Source: Rhizobium sp. Q54
GTDB taxonomy: Bacteria; Pseudomonadota; Alphaproteobacteria; SMXQ01
Length of the DNA: 52,782 nt
Assembly (NCBI GenBank): GCA_945861615.1
Contig: CAMAVH010000004.1
Coordinates: forward strand, 1 to 52,782
Direction: 5' to 3'
The notes under the pieces are model-generated. The model did not search any database. It had not been told where the DNA came from and was given only the letters and a program-made list of their open reading frames with translations. How positions within the stretch are numbered: the first letter of the stretch is position 1; every line of letters begins with the position of its first letter. Made by a program: the position numbers and the translations under genes. Positions 1 through 8,052 of this stretch are shown here, piece after piece.

Positions 1-2
1 AG

Positions 3-929
3 GATACGATCTACGGCGGCAACGGCAACGACCAGCTGCAGGGCAACGACGGCAACGACGAGCTCTACGGCCAGAACAACAACGACAAGCTCTATGGCGG
101 TCTCGGCACCGACAAGCTCTATGGCGGCTCGGGCGACGACGAGTTGCAGGGCAACGATAACGATGACGAGCTCTACGGCGAAAGCGGCAAGGACAAGATT
201 TACGCCGGCAGCGGCAACGACTGGGCCGAGGCCGGCTCCGAGGACGACCAGCTTTACGGCGAGGACGGCGACGACACGCTGTTCGGCGACGGCGGCAAGG
301 ATACGATCTACGGCGGCAACGGCAACGACCAGCTGCTCGGCAACGACGGCGACGATAAGCTCTATGGCGATGCCAACAACGACCTGATCTGGGGCGGCAT
401 CGGCGACGATCTGATGTACGGCGGCAGCAACGACGACAAGCTGCTCGGCAATTCCGGCGAAGATGACATGTATGGCGACGGCGGCATCGACTATCTGTGG
501 GGCGGTGCCGACGACGATTACATGCGCGGCGGCAGCGAAGCCGACAAGCTGATGGGCGATTCCGGCGAAGACGATATGTACGGCGACGACGGCGACGACG
601 TGCTGTTCGGCGACGCCGACGACGATTATCTCTATGGCGGCAACGACAACGATTGGCTCGTCGGCGGCGATGGCGACGACGTGATGTCGGGCGGCGCCGG
701 CTACGACGCCTTCTGGATCACCGTCAATGCCAGCGACGACGACCGCATCAGCGATTTCTCGCGCGGCACCGACGTCATCGATTTGGCGGACTTCGGTTTC
801 GCCGGCATCGGCGATCTGAGCTTCCAGAACTCCGGTAACGGTTCGCTGATTAATCTCGGCGGCGGTCAGAGCATCATGGTCAACTATGTGACCGCCAACC
901 AGTGGACGGCCGACGACTTCCTCTTCTAG
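3..929 (+). CDS. RTX/hemolysin-type calcium-binding repeat protein, 5'-truncated by window edge
   Basis: Frame is open from nt 3. Continuous GGxGxDxLx nonapeptides; C-terminus 'AFWITVN...DVIDLADFG...ADDFLF' is typical of type I secretion substrates. Confidence 0.9.
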   Translation, partial: DTIYGGNGNDQLQGNDGNDELYGQNNNDKLYGGLGTDKLYGGSGDDELQGNDNDDELYGESGKDKIYAGSGNDWAEAGSEDDQLYGEDGDDTLFGDGGKDTIYGGNGNDQLLGNDGDDKLYGDANNDLIWGGIGDDLMYGGSNDDKLLGNSGEDDMYGDGGIDYLWGGADDDYMRGGSEADKLMGDSGEDDMYGDDGDDVLFGDADDDYLYGGNDNDWLVGGDGDDVMSGGAGYDAFWITVNASDDDRISDFSRGTDVIDLADFGFAGIGDLSFQNSGNGSLINLGGGQSIMVNYVTANQWTADDFLF

Positions 930-951
930 CGTCGGCGCGACATGAGTTGAT

Positions 952-982
952 AAAGGGCCGGCATTGCCGGCCCTTTTCTTTT
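952..982 (+). terminator. Intrinsic terminator after first RTX gene
   Basis: AAAGGGCCGGC-ATT-GCCGGCCCTTT followed by TCTTTT. Confidence 0.8.
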
Positions 983-1146
983 GCGCCGCCCCCTATCTGA
1001 GGGCGGACGCCTAAGCGGGTGCCGTGAAAGGCCATGACAGATCGGCGATCAAAGCCCAGGAAAATAATCTTACTTATTGATTTTAAAGACTTTTCTTACT
1101 TTTAATTCTTCTATAAGACGCGGATTCTTCTCGACTCGGCATTCTT

Positions 1147-1170
1147 ATAACGATATAAAGATATCGTTAT
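1147..1170. promoter_or_regulatory. Perfect 10-bp inverted repeat, candidate operator
   Basis: ATAACGATAT-AAAG-ATATCGTTAT in an AT-rich stretch ~40 bp upstream of the second RTX gene start. Confidence 0.45.
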
Positions 1171-1211
1171 GCGTCTCCTCAGGCGGCGCCCCTTTTTGGA
1201 AGCATGGCCTC

Positions 1212-2279
1212 ATGGCTTACGTCCCCGGCAGCAGCGGCAACGATATCCTCAGCGGCAGCAACAGCTCGGACTCCGTGCAGGGCTTCGACGGCAATGACGT
1301 GCTCTATGGCTTGGGCGGCGACGATTATCTCGACGGCGGCCTCGGCGCCGACATGATCTATGGCGGCAAGGGCAACGACGGTCTCCATGGCCAGGACGGC
1401 GACGACACGCTGTACGGCGAGGACGGCAACGACTTCCTCTACGGCTATGCCGGCAACGACACGCTCTATGGCGGCAAGGACGAAGACCAGTTGCACGGCA
1501 ACGATGGCAACGACCTGCTGTTCGGCGAGAAGGGCAACGACTTCATCTACGGCGGCGCCGGCAACGACTGGATCGAGGCCGGCGACGACGAGGACCAGAT
1601 CAACGGCGACGACGGCAACGACACGCTGTTCGGCGACGGCGGCAATGATGTGATCTATGCCGGCAGCGGCGACGATTACCTCCTCGGCAACGACGGCAAC
1701 GACAAGCTTTACGGCGAGTCCGGCAACGACGTGCTGTTCGGCAATGTCGGCGACGATCTGATGTACGGCGGCCAAGACAACGACCAGCTGGTCGGCGGCA
1801 TCGGCAAGGACGAGATGTACGGCGACGACGGCGACGACAAGCTATGGGGCGGCGCCAATGACGACACGATGCGCGGCGGCAACGGCGCCGACAAGCTGAT
1901 CGGCGATTCCGGCAATGACAAGCTCTACGGCGATGGCGGCGACGACGTGCTGTGGGGCGACGACGGCAACGACATCCTCGAAAGCGGCGACGGCAATGAC
2001 TGGCTGATCGGCGGCGCCGGCAACGACACCATGTCGGGCGGCTCGGGCTACGACGCCTTCTGGATCACGCTGAACGGCGGCCAGGACACCGTCGCCGATT
2101 TCAGCCAGGGCCAGGATGTCATCGATCTGCGCGACTTCACCAACATCCACAGCCTCAGCCAGTTGACGATGACGGCCCAGGGGTGGAACACGCTGATCGA
2201 TTTCGGCGGCGGCAACACGCTCTACATCCAATATATCCCGCCGCAGAACCTGACCGACAACGACTTCCTGTTCGCCTAA
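1212..2279 (+). CDS. RTX/hemolysin-type calcium-binding repeat protein (355 aa), paralog of the upstream gene
   Basis: ATG 1212 with GGAAG upstream; the longer TTG-start extension in the ORF track runs through AT-rich intergenic DNA. Nonapeptide repeats throughout; ends 'DNDFLFA'. Confidence 0.9.
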   Translation: MAYVPGSSGNDILSGSNSSDSVQGFDGNDVLYGLGGDDYLDGGLGADMIYGGKGNDGLHGQDGDDTLYGEDGNDFLYGYAGNDTLYGGKDEDQLHGNDGNDLLFGEKGNDFIYGGAGNDWIEAGDDEDQINGDDGNDTLFGDGGNDVIYAGSGDDYLLGNDGNDKLYGESGNDVLFGNVGDDLMYGGQDNDQLVGGIGKDEMYGDDGDDKLWGGANDDTMRGGNGADKLIGDSGNDKLYGDGGDDVLWGDDGNDILESGDGNDWLIGGAGNDTMSGGSGYDAFWITLNGGQDTVADFSQGQDVIDLRDFTNIHSLSQLTMTAQGWNTLIDFGGGNTLYIQYIPPQNLTDNDFLFA

Positions 2280-2303
2280 TCCGGTTCCCGTCGCGACGGC
2301 GCG

Positions 2304-2340
2304 GGCCGGCCCTCCGCCGGGGGCCGGCCGGCGCATTTTT
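2304..2340 (+). terminator. Probable terminator after second RTX gene
   Basis: GGCCGGCCCTC-CGCC-GGGGGCCGGCC stem, T-run 6 nt later. Confidence 0.5.
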
Positions 2341-2515
2341 GCGCCGGGGCCTAAACCGGCGCGATAGGCCGGCAACCGGCCCCTGGCCGCTTGCCAGGCC
2401 CCCTTGCAACTGGTGGCGTTTTGCCGATAATCCCGGCTTCCGGCCCGCTCCCGGCCCCGGCAGACCCGCCGGACCCCCGGCCCCTCGGGCGGCCGCGCAT
2501 ATATCGGACGTTATC

Positions 2516-3541
2516 ATGGGCTACAAAGTCGCCGTCGTCGGCGCCACCGGCAATGTCGGTCGCGAAATGCTGGTCACCCTGGCCGAGCGCAACTTCCCCG
2601 CGGATGAAGTGGTGGCGCTCGCCTCCTCGAAATCCATCGGCAAGCAGGTGTCCTACGGCGAGAGCAAAGTGCTGACCGTGAAGGACGTCGCGACGTTCGA
2701 TTTCGCCGGCACCGACATCGCCCTGTTCTCGGCCGGCAGCAAAGTCGCCGAAGTGCATGGCCCGCGCGCGGCCAAAGCCGGCTGCGTCGTCATCGACAAT
2801 TCGTCCTTCTGGCGCATGGATCCGGAGATTCCGCTGATCGTGCCGGAGGTCAATCCGCAAGCGCTTGCCGGTTATGCCAAGCGCAATATCATCGCCAATC
2901 CGAACTGCTCGACGATCCAGATGGTCGTCGCGCTCAAGCCGCTGCATGACATCGCCAAGATCAAGCGCGTCGTCGTCTCGACCTATCAGTCGACCTCGGG
3001 CGCCGGCAAAGAGGCGATGGACGAGCTGTTCACCCAGACGCGCGGCATCTTCGTCAACGATCCGATGAAGAAGGAAAAGTTCACCAAGCAGATCGCCTTC
3101 AACGTCATTCCCCATATCGACGTCTTCATGGACGATGGCGCGACCAAGGAGGAATGGAAGATGGTGGTCGAGACCAAGAAGATTCTCGATCCCAACATCC
3201 TGGTGACGGCGACCTGCGTGCGCGTCCCGGTGTTCGTCAGCCACGCCGAGGCGGTCAACATCGAGTTTGAGAGCCCGATCAGCGTCGATCAGGCGCGCAA
3301 GGCCTTGCGCGCCGCGCCGGGCGTCGCCGTGGTCGATCAGCGCGCCAACGAAGGCTATGTCACGCCGGTCGAGACGACCGGCGAGGATCTGGTCTATGTC
3401 AGCCGCATCCGCGACGACGCGACGGTCGAGAACGGCCTCAGCATCTGGGTGGTCGCCGACAATCTGCGCAAAGGCGCGGCCTTGAACGCCGTGCAGATCG
3501 CCGAAGAGCTGATCAAAACGCATCTGCGTAAGGCCGCCTAA
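2516..3541 (+). CDS. asd: Aspartate-semialdehyde dehydrogenase
   Basis: MGYKVAVVGATGNVG Rossmann start, IIANPNCST catalytic Cys, DNLRKGAALNAVQIAE; start ATG 2516. Confidence 0.97.
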   Translation: MGYKVAVVGATGNVGREMLVTLAERNFPADEVVALASSKSIGKQVSYGESKVLTVKDVATFDFAGTDIALFSAGSKVAEVHGPRAAKAGCVVIDNSSFWRMDPEIPLIVPEVNPQALAGYAKRNIIANPNCSTIQMVVALKPLHDIAKIKRVVVSTYQSTSGAGKEAMDELFTQTRGIFVNDPMKKEKFTKQIAFNVIPHIDVFMDDGATKEEWKMVVETKKILDPNILVTATCVRVPVFVSHAEAVNIEFESPISVDQARKALRAAPGVAVVDQRANEGYVTPVETTGEDLVYVSRIRDDATVENGLSIWVVADNLRKGAALNAVQIAEELIKTHLRKAA

Positions 3542-3618
3542 CAGCTCGGCTTTTCTCGCGCCGTCGGAACGTCTCGATATCTCAGCACTTCCAGCGGTTG
3601 CTATGTACGAATTCGAAC

Positions 3619-3650
3619 AAAAGCCGCCGTTTATGTAACGGCGGCTTTTT
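3619..3650 (+). terminator. Intrinsic (bidirectional-type) terminator after asd
   Basis: AAAAGCCGCCGTT-TATGT-AACGGCGGCTTTTT. Confidence 0.85.
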
Positions 3651-3794
3651 CTTGCCTACGAAAGTCGGCGATAGGCAGACAGCACAGGCTGTTGCTTCGC
3701 TGCCATTTCGACGAACTTTCATATTTTATTAGGAGATAAAGCCCAAAAATATCACTTCCTATGTACTTCTAATGAAGAGCAAAAGACGTCAGCA

Positions 3795-4619
3795 ATGAGA
3801 TTGGCCCTCTTCGTCGTCGCCATGTCTTGCGCGCTCGGCAGCCTCTCCGGGGCCGCCCATGCGAAAGACGTGCTGCGCATCGGCGGCACCGGCATGGGAT
3901 TGCGCGCCATGGAGCGTCTCGGCGAGCAGTTGAGCGGCTCCGGCGCCGATGTCGCTGTTCGTATGTTGCCAAGCCTGGGCAGTTCGGGCGGCATCAACGC
4001 TCTTCTTGGCGGCGCGATCGACATCGCGCTGACGGCGCGTCCGATCACGCCGGCCGAACGGGACAAAGGCCTGGCGCAAGCCGCCTGCATGACCACGGCG
4101 CTGGTGTTCGCCACGCCTAAGGCCGCTTCCCCGGCGATAGACGACGCCATCACCAGCGCGCAGTTGCCGGCGCTGTTTACCGATCCTCGGCCGCTGTGGG
4201 CAGATGGTACGCCGATGAAGGTCATCCTGCGTTCTCCGGCGGGATCGGAAGTGCCCTATCTGATCGGAAAGATTCCGGCGATGGCGGCGGCCTTCGACTT
4301 GGCCTACAAGCGCGCCGGCATGCCGATCGGCATGACCGACCAGGAGAACGTCGATCTCGCGATGAAGATACGAGGCTCGTTGGCGATCACGACCTTGTTG
4401 CAAATCCGCGCGGAAAACATCGCCCTGCGACCATTGCGTTTCGATGGCGTCGAACCGACCGCGGCGACGTCGGTCGACGGTCGCTATCCGTTGCCGCTGC
4501 AGATGTGCCTATTCGTAACCGAGGCGCCCGCGCCCGGGGCAGTGCGATTCGTCGCCCATTTGAAAACGCAAAGAGGCACGGCGCTCCTGCGGAGCTTCGG
4601 CGCCGCGTTGAGCAAGTAG
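3795..4619 (+). CDS. Periplasmic substrate-binding protein, PstS-like (PBP2 fold)
   Basis: Signal peptide ending AHA; LRIGGTG and [24 protein letters not shown] motifs resemble PstS-family binding proteins. Confidence 0.75.
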   Translation: MRLALFVVAMSCALGSLSGAAHAKDVLRIGGTGMGLRAMERLGEQLSGSGADVAVRMLPSLGSSGGINALLGGAIDIALTARPITPAERDKGLAQAACMTTALVFATPKAASPAIDDAITSAQLPALFTDPRPLWADGTPMKVILRSPAGSEVPYLIGKIPAMAAAFDLAYKRAGMPIGMTDQENVDLAMKIRGSLAITTLLQIRAENIALRPLRFDGVEPTAATSVDGRYPLPLQMCLFVTEAPAPGAVRFVAHLKTQRGTALLRSFGAALSK

Positions 4620-4632
4620 CAGGGGAAAAAAG

Positions 4633-6009
4633 ATGAACGAGTTTGCCAAACTCGACAGCGTCTTGCGCAAGTTCGCGCTGATTCTGGGCATCGTGGCGGG
4701 CCTCGCCGTGCCGGCAGGATTCGGTGTTGCCGACTATGCCGGCCGGACAAATATGTTGCATCATCAGGCCGAGGATGCGGCGGAGCGCGTCGCGCAATAT
4801 GCCTATGTCTCCGGCGAAACCTGGCATTACAACCGGCAGCGCCTCGCCGATTTGATGCAGTTTTCACGGCACAACGACGCGCCGACCGAGAAGGTTCTGG
4901 AAAATAAAACAGGCCAAATCCTCATCGCGCTCGGCGGCGTCATCGAGCAGCCGGGCCTGACGGCGCGGGCGCCGATCGTCGTCAGCGACGAGACGATCGG
5001 TCATATCTCGCTGACGACGAGCGCGCGGCCTTTCCTGGCGGGCCTCGCGGGGTTCATTCTCGCCGGCCTCGTGTTCGGCTTTATGGTCTATGGCTGCGTC
5101 CATCATCTACCGTCTCGCGCGTTGCGCCGAGTCCTCAAGGACCTGATCGATACGCAAAACGACTTGCGCGATCAGGTCGGCAAGACCAGCAAGGCCTTGG
5201 CCTTCGCCGAAATGGAACAGCATCGCGCCGAGGAAGCAAATCGCGCGAAATCCGAATTTCTCGCCAACATGAGCCATGAGTTGCGTACGCCGCTCAACGC
5301 CATCATCGGCTTCTCGGGCATTATGGAATCCGGCCTCCGGGGGCCGCTCAATGATCAATATGCCGAGTACAACCGGCATATCAGCCAGAGCGGCCAGAAC
5401 CTTCTGCGCATCATCAACGACATCCTCGACATCGCCAAGATCGATGCCGGCCAATTGCAGGCGGAAGCCGAGACTCTCGATGCGGCAAGCGTGGTGGAAA
5501 GCTGCGTCGGCCTGTTGCGCCCGCAAGCCGAGGGGTCAAATATCGCGCTCCGCTATCAGCAGCCGGTCCGCATGGATTGCCGTGTGATCGCCGATCCGCG
5601 TCGGATGAAGCAGGCCTTGCTGCATCTCATGTCGAATGCCGTCAAATTCACGGCGTCCGGGGGGCAGGTTTCCCTGATGATGGCGGCGCGCAAGCCGGGC
5701 ATGATCGACGTGGTGATCGAAGATACCGGCATTGGCATGACGGCGGAGCAGATCGCCGTGGCCTTCCAGCCTTTCCGCCAGGCCGACGGTTCGCTGGCAC
5801 GCAAATACGAAGGCACCGGCCTGGGTCTTGCCCTGGCCAAGCGGCTGACGGAATTGCAGGGCGGCGAGCTCATTCTCGAAAGCGTTTTTGGCGCTGGCAC
5901 CAAAGTCACCTTGCGCTTGCCGGCGGCCGATCCAGCGCAGATCCATGTGCTTCCAGCGAAGAAACGGCGCTTCGGCCGCGTCTGGCCGAGCGGCGCCGCA
6001 GTGGCCTAG
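4633..6009 (+). CDS. Membrane sensor histidine kinase (HisKA + HATPase_c), no receiver domain
   Basis: Two TM segments flanking a periplasmic region; H-box [23 protein letters not shown]; SNAVKFT, DTGIGM, GTGLGL boxes. Confidence 0.93.
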   Translation: MNEFAKLDSVLRKFALILGIVAGLAVPAGFGVADYAGRTNMLHHQAEDAAERVAQYAYVSGETWHYNRQRLADLMQFSRHNDAPTEKVLENKTGQILIALGGVIEQPGLTARAPIVVSDETIGHISLTTSARPFLAGLAGFILAGLVFGFMVYGCVHHLPSRALRRVLKDLIDTQNDLRDQVGKTSKALAFAEMEQHRAEEANRAKSEFLANMSHELRTPLNAIIGFSGIMESGLRGPLNDQYAEYNRHISQSGQNLLRIINDILDIAKIDAGQLQAEAETLDAASVVESCVGLLRPQAEGSNIALRYQQPVRMDCRVIADPRRMKQALLHLMSNAVKFTASGGQVSLMMAARKPGMIDVVIEDTGIGMTAEQIAVAFQPFRQADGSLARKYEGTGLGLALAKRLTELQGGELILESVFGAGTKVTLRLPAADPAQIHVLPAKKRRFGRVWPSGAAVA

Positions 6010-6015
6010 CGCCGA

Positions 6016-6199
6016 TAAAGAAAGCCGCCGTTCGGCGAACGGCGGCTTTTAGTGAGGCGTGGCGGGCGATCCAGGACCGGACCTTCTGCGGTTTTCCCCC
6101 ATCAGCGCCACAGCGGGACCGGCTGGTCCTGTATCGCCCGCATCGTCGATTGCCCCTCGCCTGGCGGAGAGGACGACCGCCAGAGGCGCAATCGAGTCT
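6016..6199 (-). ncRNA. Candidate sigma54-dependent small RNA (~185 nt)
   Basis: Begins 12 nt after a consensus -24/-12 promoter. Tiled by hairpin 6146-6195 (loop UCGUCCUCU), hairpin 6062-6141 and terminator 6021-6049. No convincing ORF. Confidence 0.6.
6017..6050. terminator. Bidirectional intrinsic terminator between the kinase gene (+) and the candidate sRNA (-)
   Basis: AAAG-AAAGCCGCCGTT-CGGCG-AACGGCGGCTTTT; T-runs on both strands. Confidence 0.8.
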
Positions 6200-6209
6200 C
6201 CCTGAGCAG

Positions 6210-6226
6210 AGCAACCGTCGTGCCAA
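6210..6226 (-). promoter_or_regulatory. sigma54 (-24/-12) promoter
   Basis: Minus strand reads TTGGCACG-ACGG-TTGCT, an exact match to TGGCACG-N4-TTGC(W); intergenic; A-tract at 6259-6269 just upstream. Confidence 0.8.
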
Positions 6227-6353
6227 CTAGGCGCTGCGGTAAGTGTCGGAAAATTCGCTAAATTTTTTTGCGCGGTGGGAACGCCGCCGGGCGCGGCAGC
6301 GAAATCGGGCAGCGCTGCTCATTTCGCATGCAACGGAAGAACATGCGGCGGGT

Positions 6354-7040
6354 TCAGCGCGGCGCGACGCTGTTGCGTTCCTGGATCGCGCGCTCCATGT
6401 CGTCGAGACCGAGATCGACGATCCCCAGCAGGGACAGCAACAGAAGCGCGCCGAAGGCGAAGATGACGGCGCCGGAGATGCGGCCGATCCACAGCATGCC
6501 GCGATCGGTGACGCGGCCGTGGAACAGCGCGGCGACCGTCGTCAAGGCGAACCACCAGGCGCTGGCGCCGGCGAGCACGCCGACCGTGAGCACGACGCCG
6601 AGGCGCGGATGGTCGGCGATATGCGGGATGTTGATCGCCGCGAAGATCGCCGCGAAGGAGATCACCGTCGTCGGGTTGGTCAGCGTGACGAAAAAGGCGG
6701 AGATGAAATCGCTCAGCAGCTTTTCGCGGTCGCGCGTCGCCGGGGCTGGCGTGCGGCGCGCCAGCATGGCGCGCAGGCCGATGAGGCAGAGCATCGCGCC
6801 GCCGCCGCCGCGCACCCAATCGTTATGGTCGATCAGCGGCGCCATGAGGAAGCCGATGCCGAAGGCGGCGATGGCGCCGTAGATGGCGTCGGCGAGGGCG
6901 GCGCCGAGGCCGGAGACGTAGCCGGCGAGCTTGCCCTGCGCGATCGCGCGATGGATGCACATCACGGCGACGGGGCCGACCGGCGCGGCGATGACCACGC
7001 CGACGAACAGGCCCTTCCAAAACAGCGTGGTGACATCCAT
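6354..7040 (-). CDS. LysE/RhtB family translocator
   Basis: N-terminal 'GVVIAAPVGPVAVMCI', 'GLGAALADAIY', 'TLTNPTTVI'; about six TM helices. Confidence 0.88.
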   Translation of the reverse strand: MDVTTLFWKGLFVGVVIAAPVGPVAVMCIHRAIAQGKLAGYVSGLGAALADAIYGAIAAFGIGFLMAPLIDHNDWVRGGGGAMLCLIGLRAMLARRTPAPATRDREKLLSDFISAFFVTLTNPTTVISFAAIFAAINIPHIADHPRLGVVLTVGVLAGASAWWFALTTVAALFHGRVTDRGMLWIGRISGAVIFAFGALLLLSLLGIVDLGLDDMERAIQERNSVAPR

Positions 7041-7234
7041 CTGCGGACGCAGGCTCCCGTATCCACCGGCTGCGGTTGCGCTGGCCGAACCCCGCCATCA
7101 GCCGAGGGGCCTCGCTTCTTATCGCAGGGCCACGGATCGCACAACTGGCAGCGGGACCCCCGCGGGGACACGGTTGCGTCAGAAACTCGGGAATGGCTGC
7201 GAGAAGGGGGTTGATCGGCGATTCGCCGCCCCGT

Positions 7235-7927
7235 AAAGAATGGAGGCGTCAGGTTGCCCGGTCCCTTGAGGGGGACAGGGCGCGTGCCCGGCAAGACACC
7301 GCCTGACGCCTCGGGAGCCGGCCTGACTCCCGATCCGCAAGAGCCGTCGGACGTTCCGGCCGCCGCTCGGCCCGCTTCCCCAGGGAGAGCGCGCTGCCAT
7401 CCGGCCGCCACGGCCCGCATCCCGGCGAGGGAAGGCGGTCCGTCGTCCCGTTCGGCGCGGCTTTTCGCAAAGCCGGCCTTTCCCCGGAACCTGCCGTTCT
7501 GCGCCGTCCAACGCGCTTCGCGCTCCTTGGCGATCCTCGCTTCTCCGGCCTCCGCGAAGAGGCCTCTCGCAGCGATCCCTGCCTCGGGCGCGGACGCACC
7601 CTCGCGGGTCCGTCCTGCGGCGCCGGCCATCTCCGTCCTTGGAGAGCGGAGACCGGTCGGCCCGGAAGCGCCGGCCTCGGTGCAGAGGCGGCTCATTCCG
7701 TCCGGCGCATCGCCTTGCCGATCCCAACGCCTCGCGGCGCCCGGAGGGCACGGTTTGAGAGATCCTTGCGAATCCCTCGCGCCAGGTTCGGGCTGCTCGA
7801 TCTGTCTTCGCGGGACTTGCGTCCCGCGCGCACCGACCGTCTCGCCCCCGCTGTCGGCTGGCGGACGCAAAACCCGTGAGGGTCTTCGCGGCGTCTCGCC
7901 GGTCTTCAGCGGCACTCTTACTGATCG
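7235..7927 (-). ncRNA. Candidate large structured ncRNA (~690 nt), family not recognised
   Basis: GNRA-capped hairpins on the minus strand at 7458-7475, 7592-7615, 7728-7739, 7757-7778, 7809-7828; closing helix 7915-7927 with 7331-7343; 11-bp terminal stem 7243-7253/7302-7312 followed by CAUUCUUU. Overlapping ORFs are R/P/G/A-rich with no recognisable domain. Confidence 0.65.
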
Positions 7928-7932
7928 CCTGA

Positions 7933-7961
7933 ATGATCGCCAGGACGCGGGAGTTGGACAA
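7933..7961 (-). promoter_or_regulatory. Possible sigma70-type promoter for the large RNA
   Basis: Minus strand TTGTCC-N17-GATCAT; predicted +1 near 7926-7927 coincides with the 5' strand of the closing helix. The -10 is non-consensus. Confidence 0.4.
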
Positions 7962-8043
7962 GCGACGCGCCGGATAGGCCATCCAGAATCTTGTGCATGG
8001 AAAGGCGAGATCCGCACAATGCGCGCACAGGGATTCCACAGGC

Positions 8044-8052
8044 TTATCCACA
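8044..8052 (+). promoter_or_regulatory. DnaA box
   Basis: Perfect TTATCCACA, preceded 3 nt upstream by a degenerate copy GATTCCACA (8032-8040). Confidence 0.55.

Noticed and set aside
1-2279. 27-bp periodic repeats as CRISPR or DGR-like array
   Set aside because: They are in-frame RTX nonapeptide codons without constant repeat/unique spacer structure; no cas or reverse transcriptase gene.
7200-7930. Identification of the large RNA as permuted tmRNA, RNase P RNA or group II intron
   Set aside because: GACGCCUCCA resembles a tmRNA 3' end, but there is no T-arm/CCA or ANDN-type tag frame; no GAGGAAAGUCC of RNase P; a GUGCG is present but no domain V with catalytic triad and bulge.
7958-7972. 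sigma54-like CGGCGCG-TCGC-TTGT upstream of the large RNA
   Set aside because: Lacks the conserved -12 C and -26 T; the sigma70-like reading fits the predicted 5' helix better.
8032-8052. Chromosomal origin of replication
   Set aside because: Only one perfect DnaA box, no AT-rich unwinding element, and none of the usual origin-flanking genes (hemE, dnaA, parAB).
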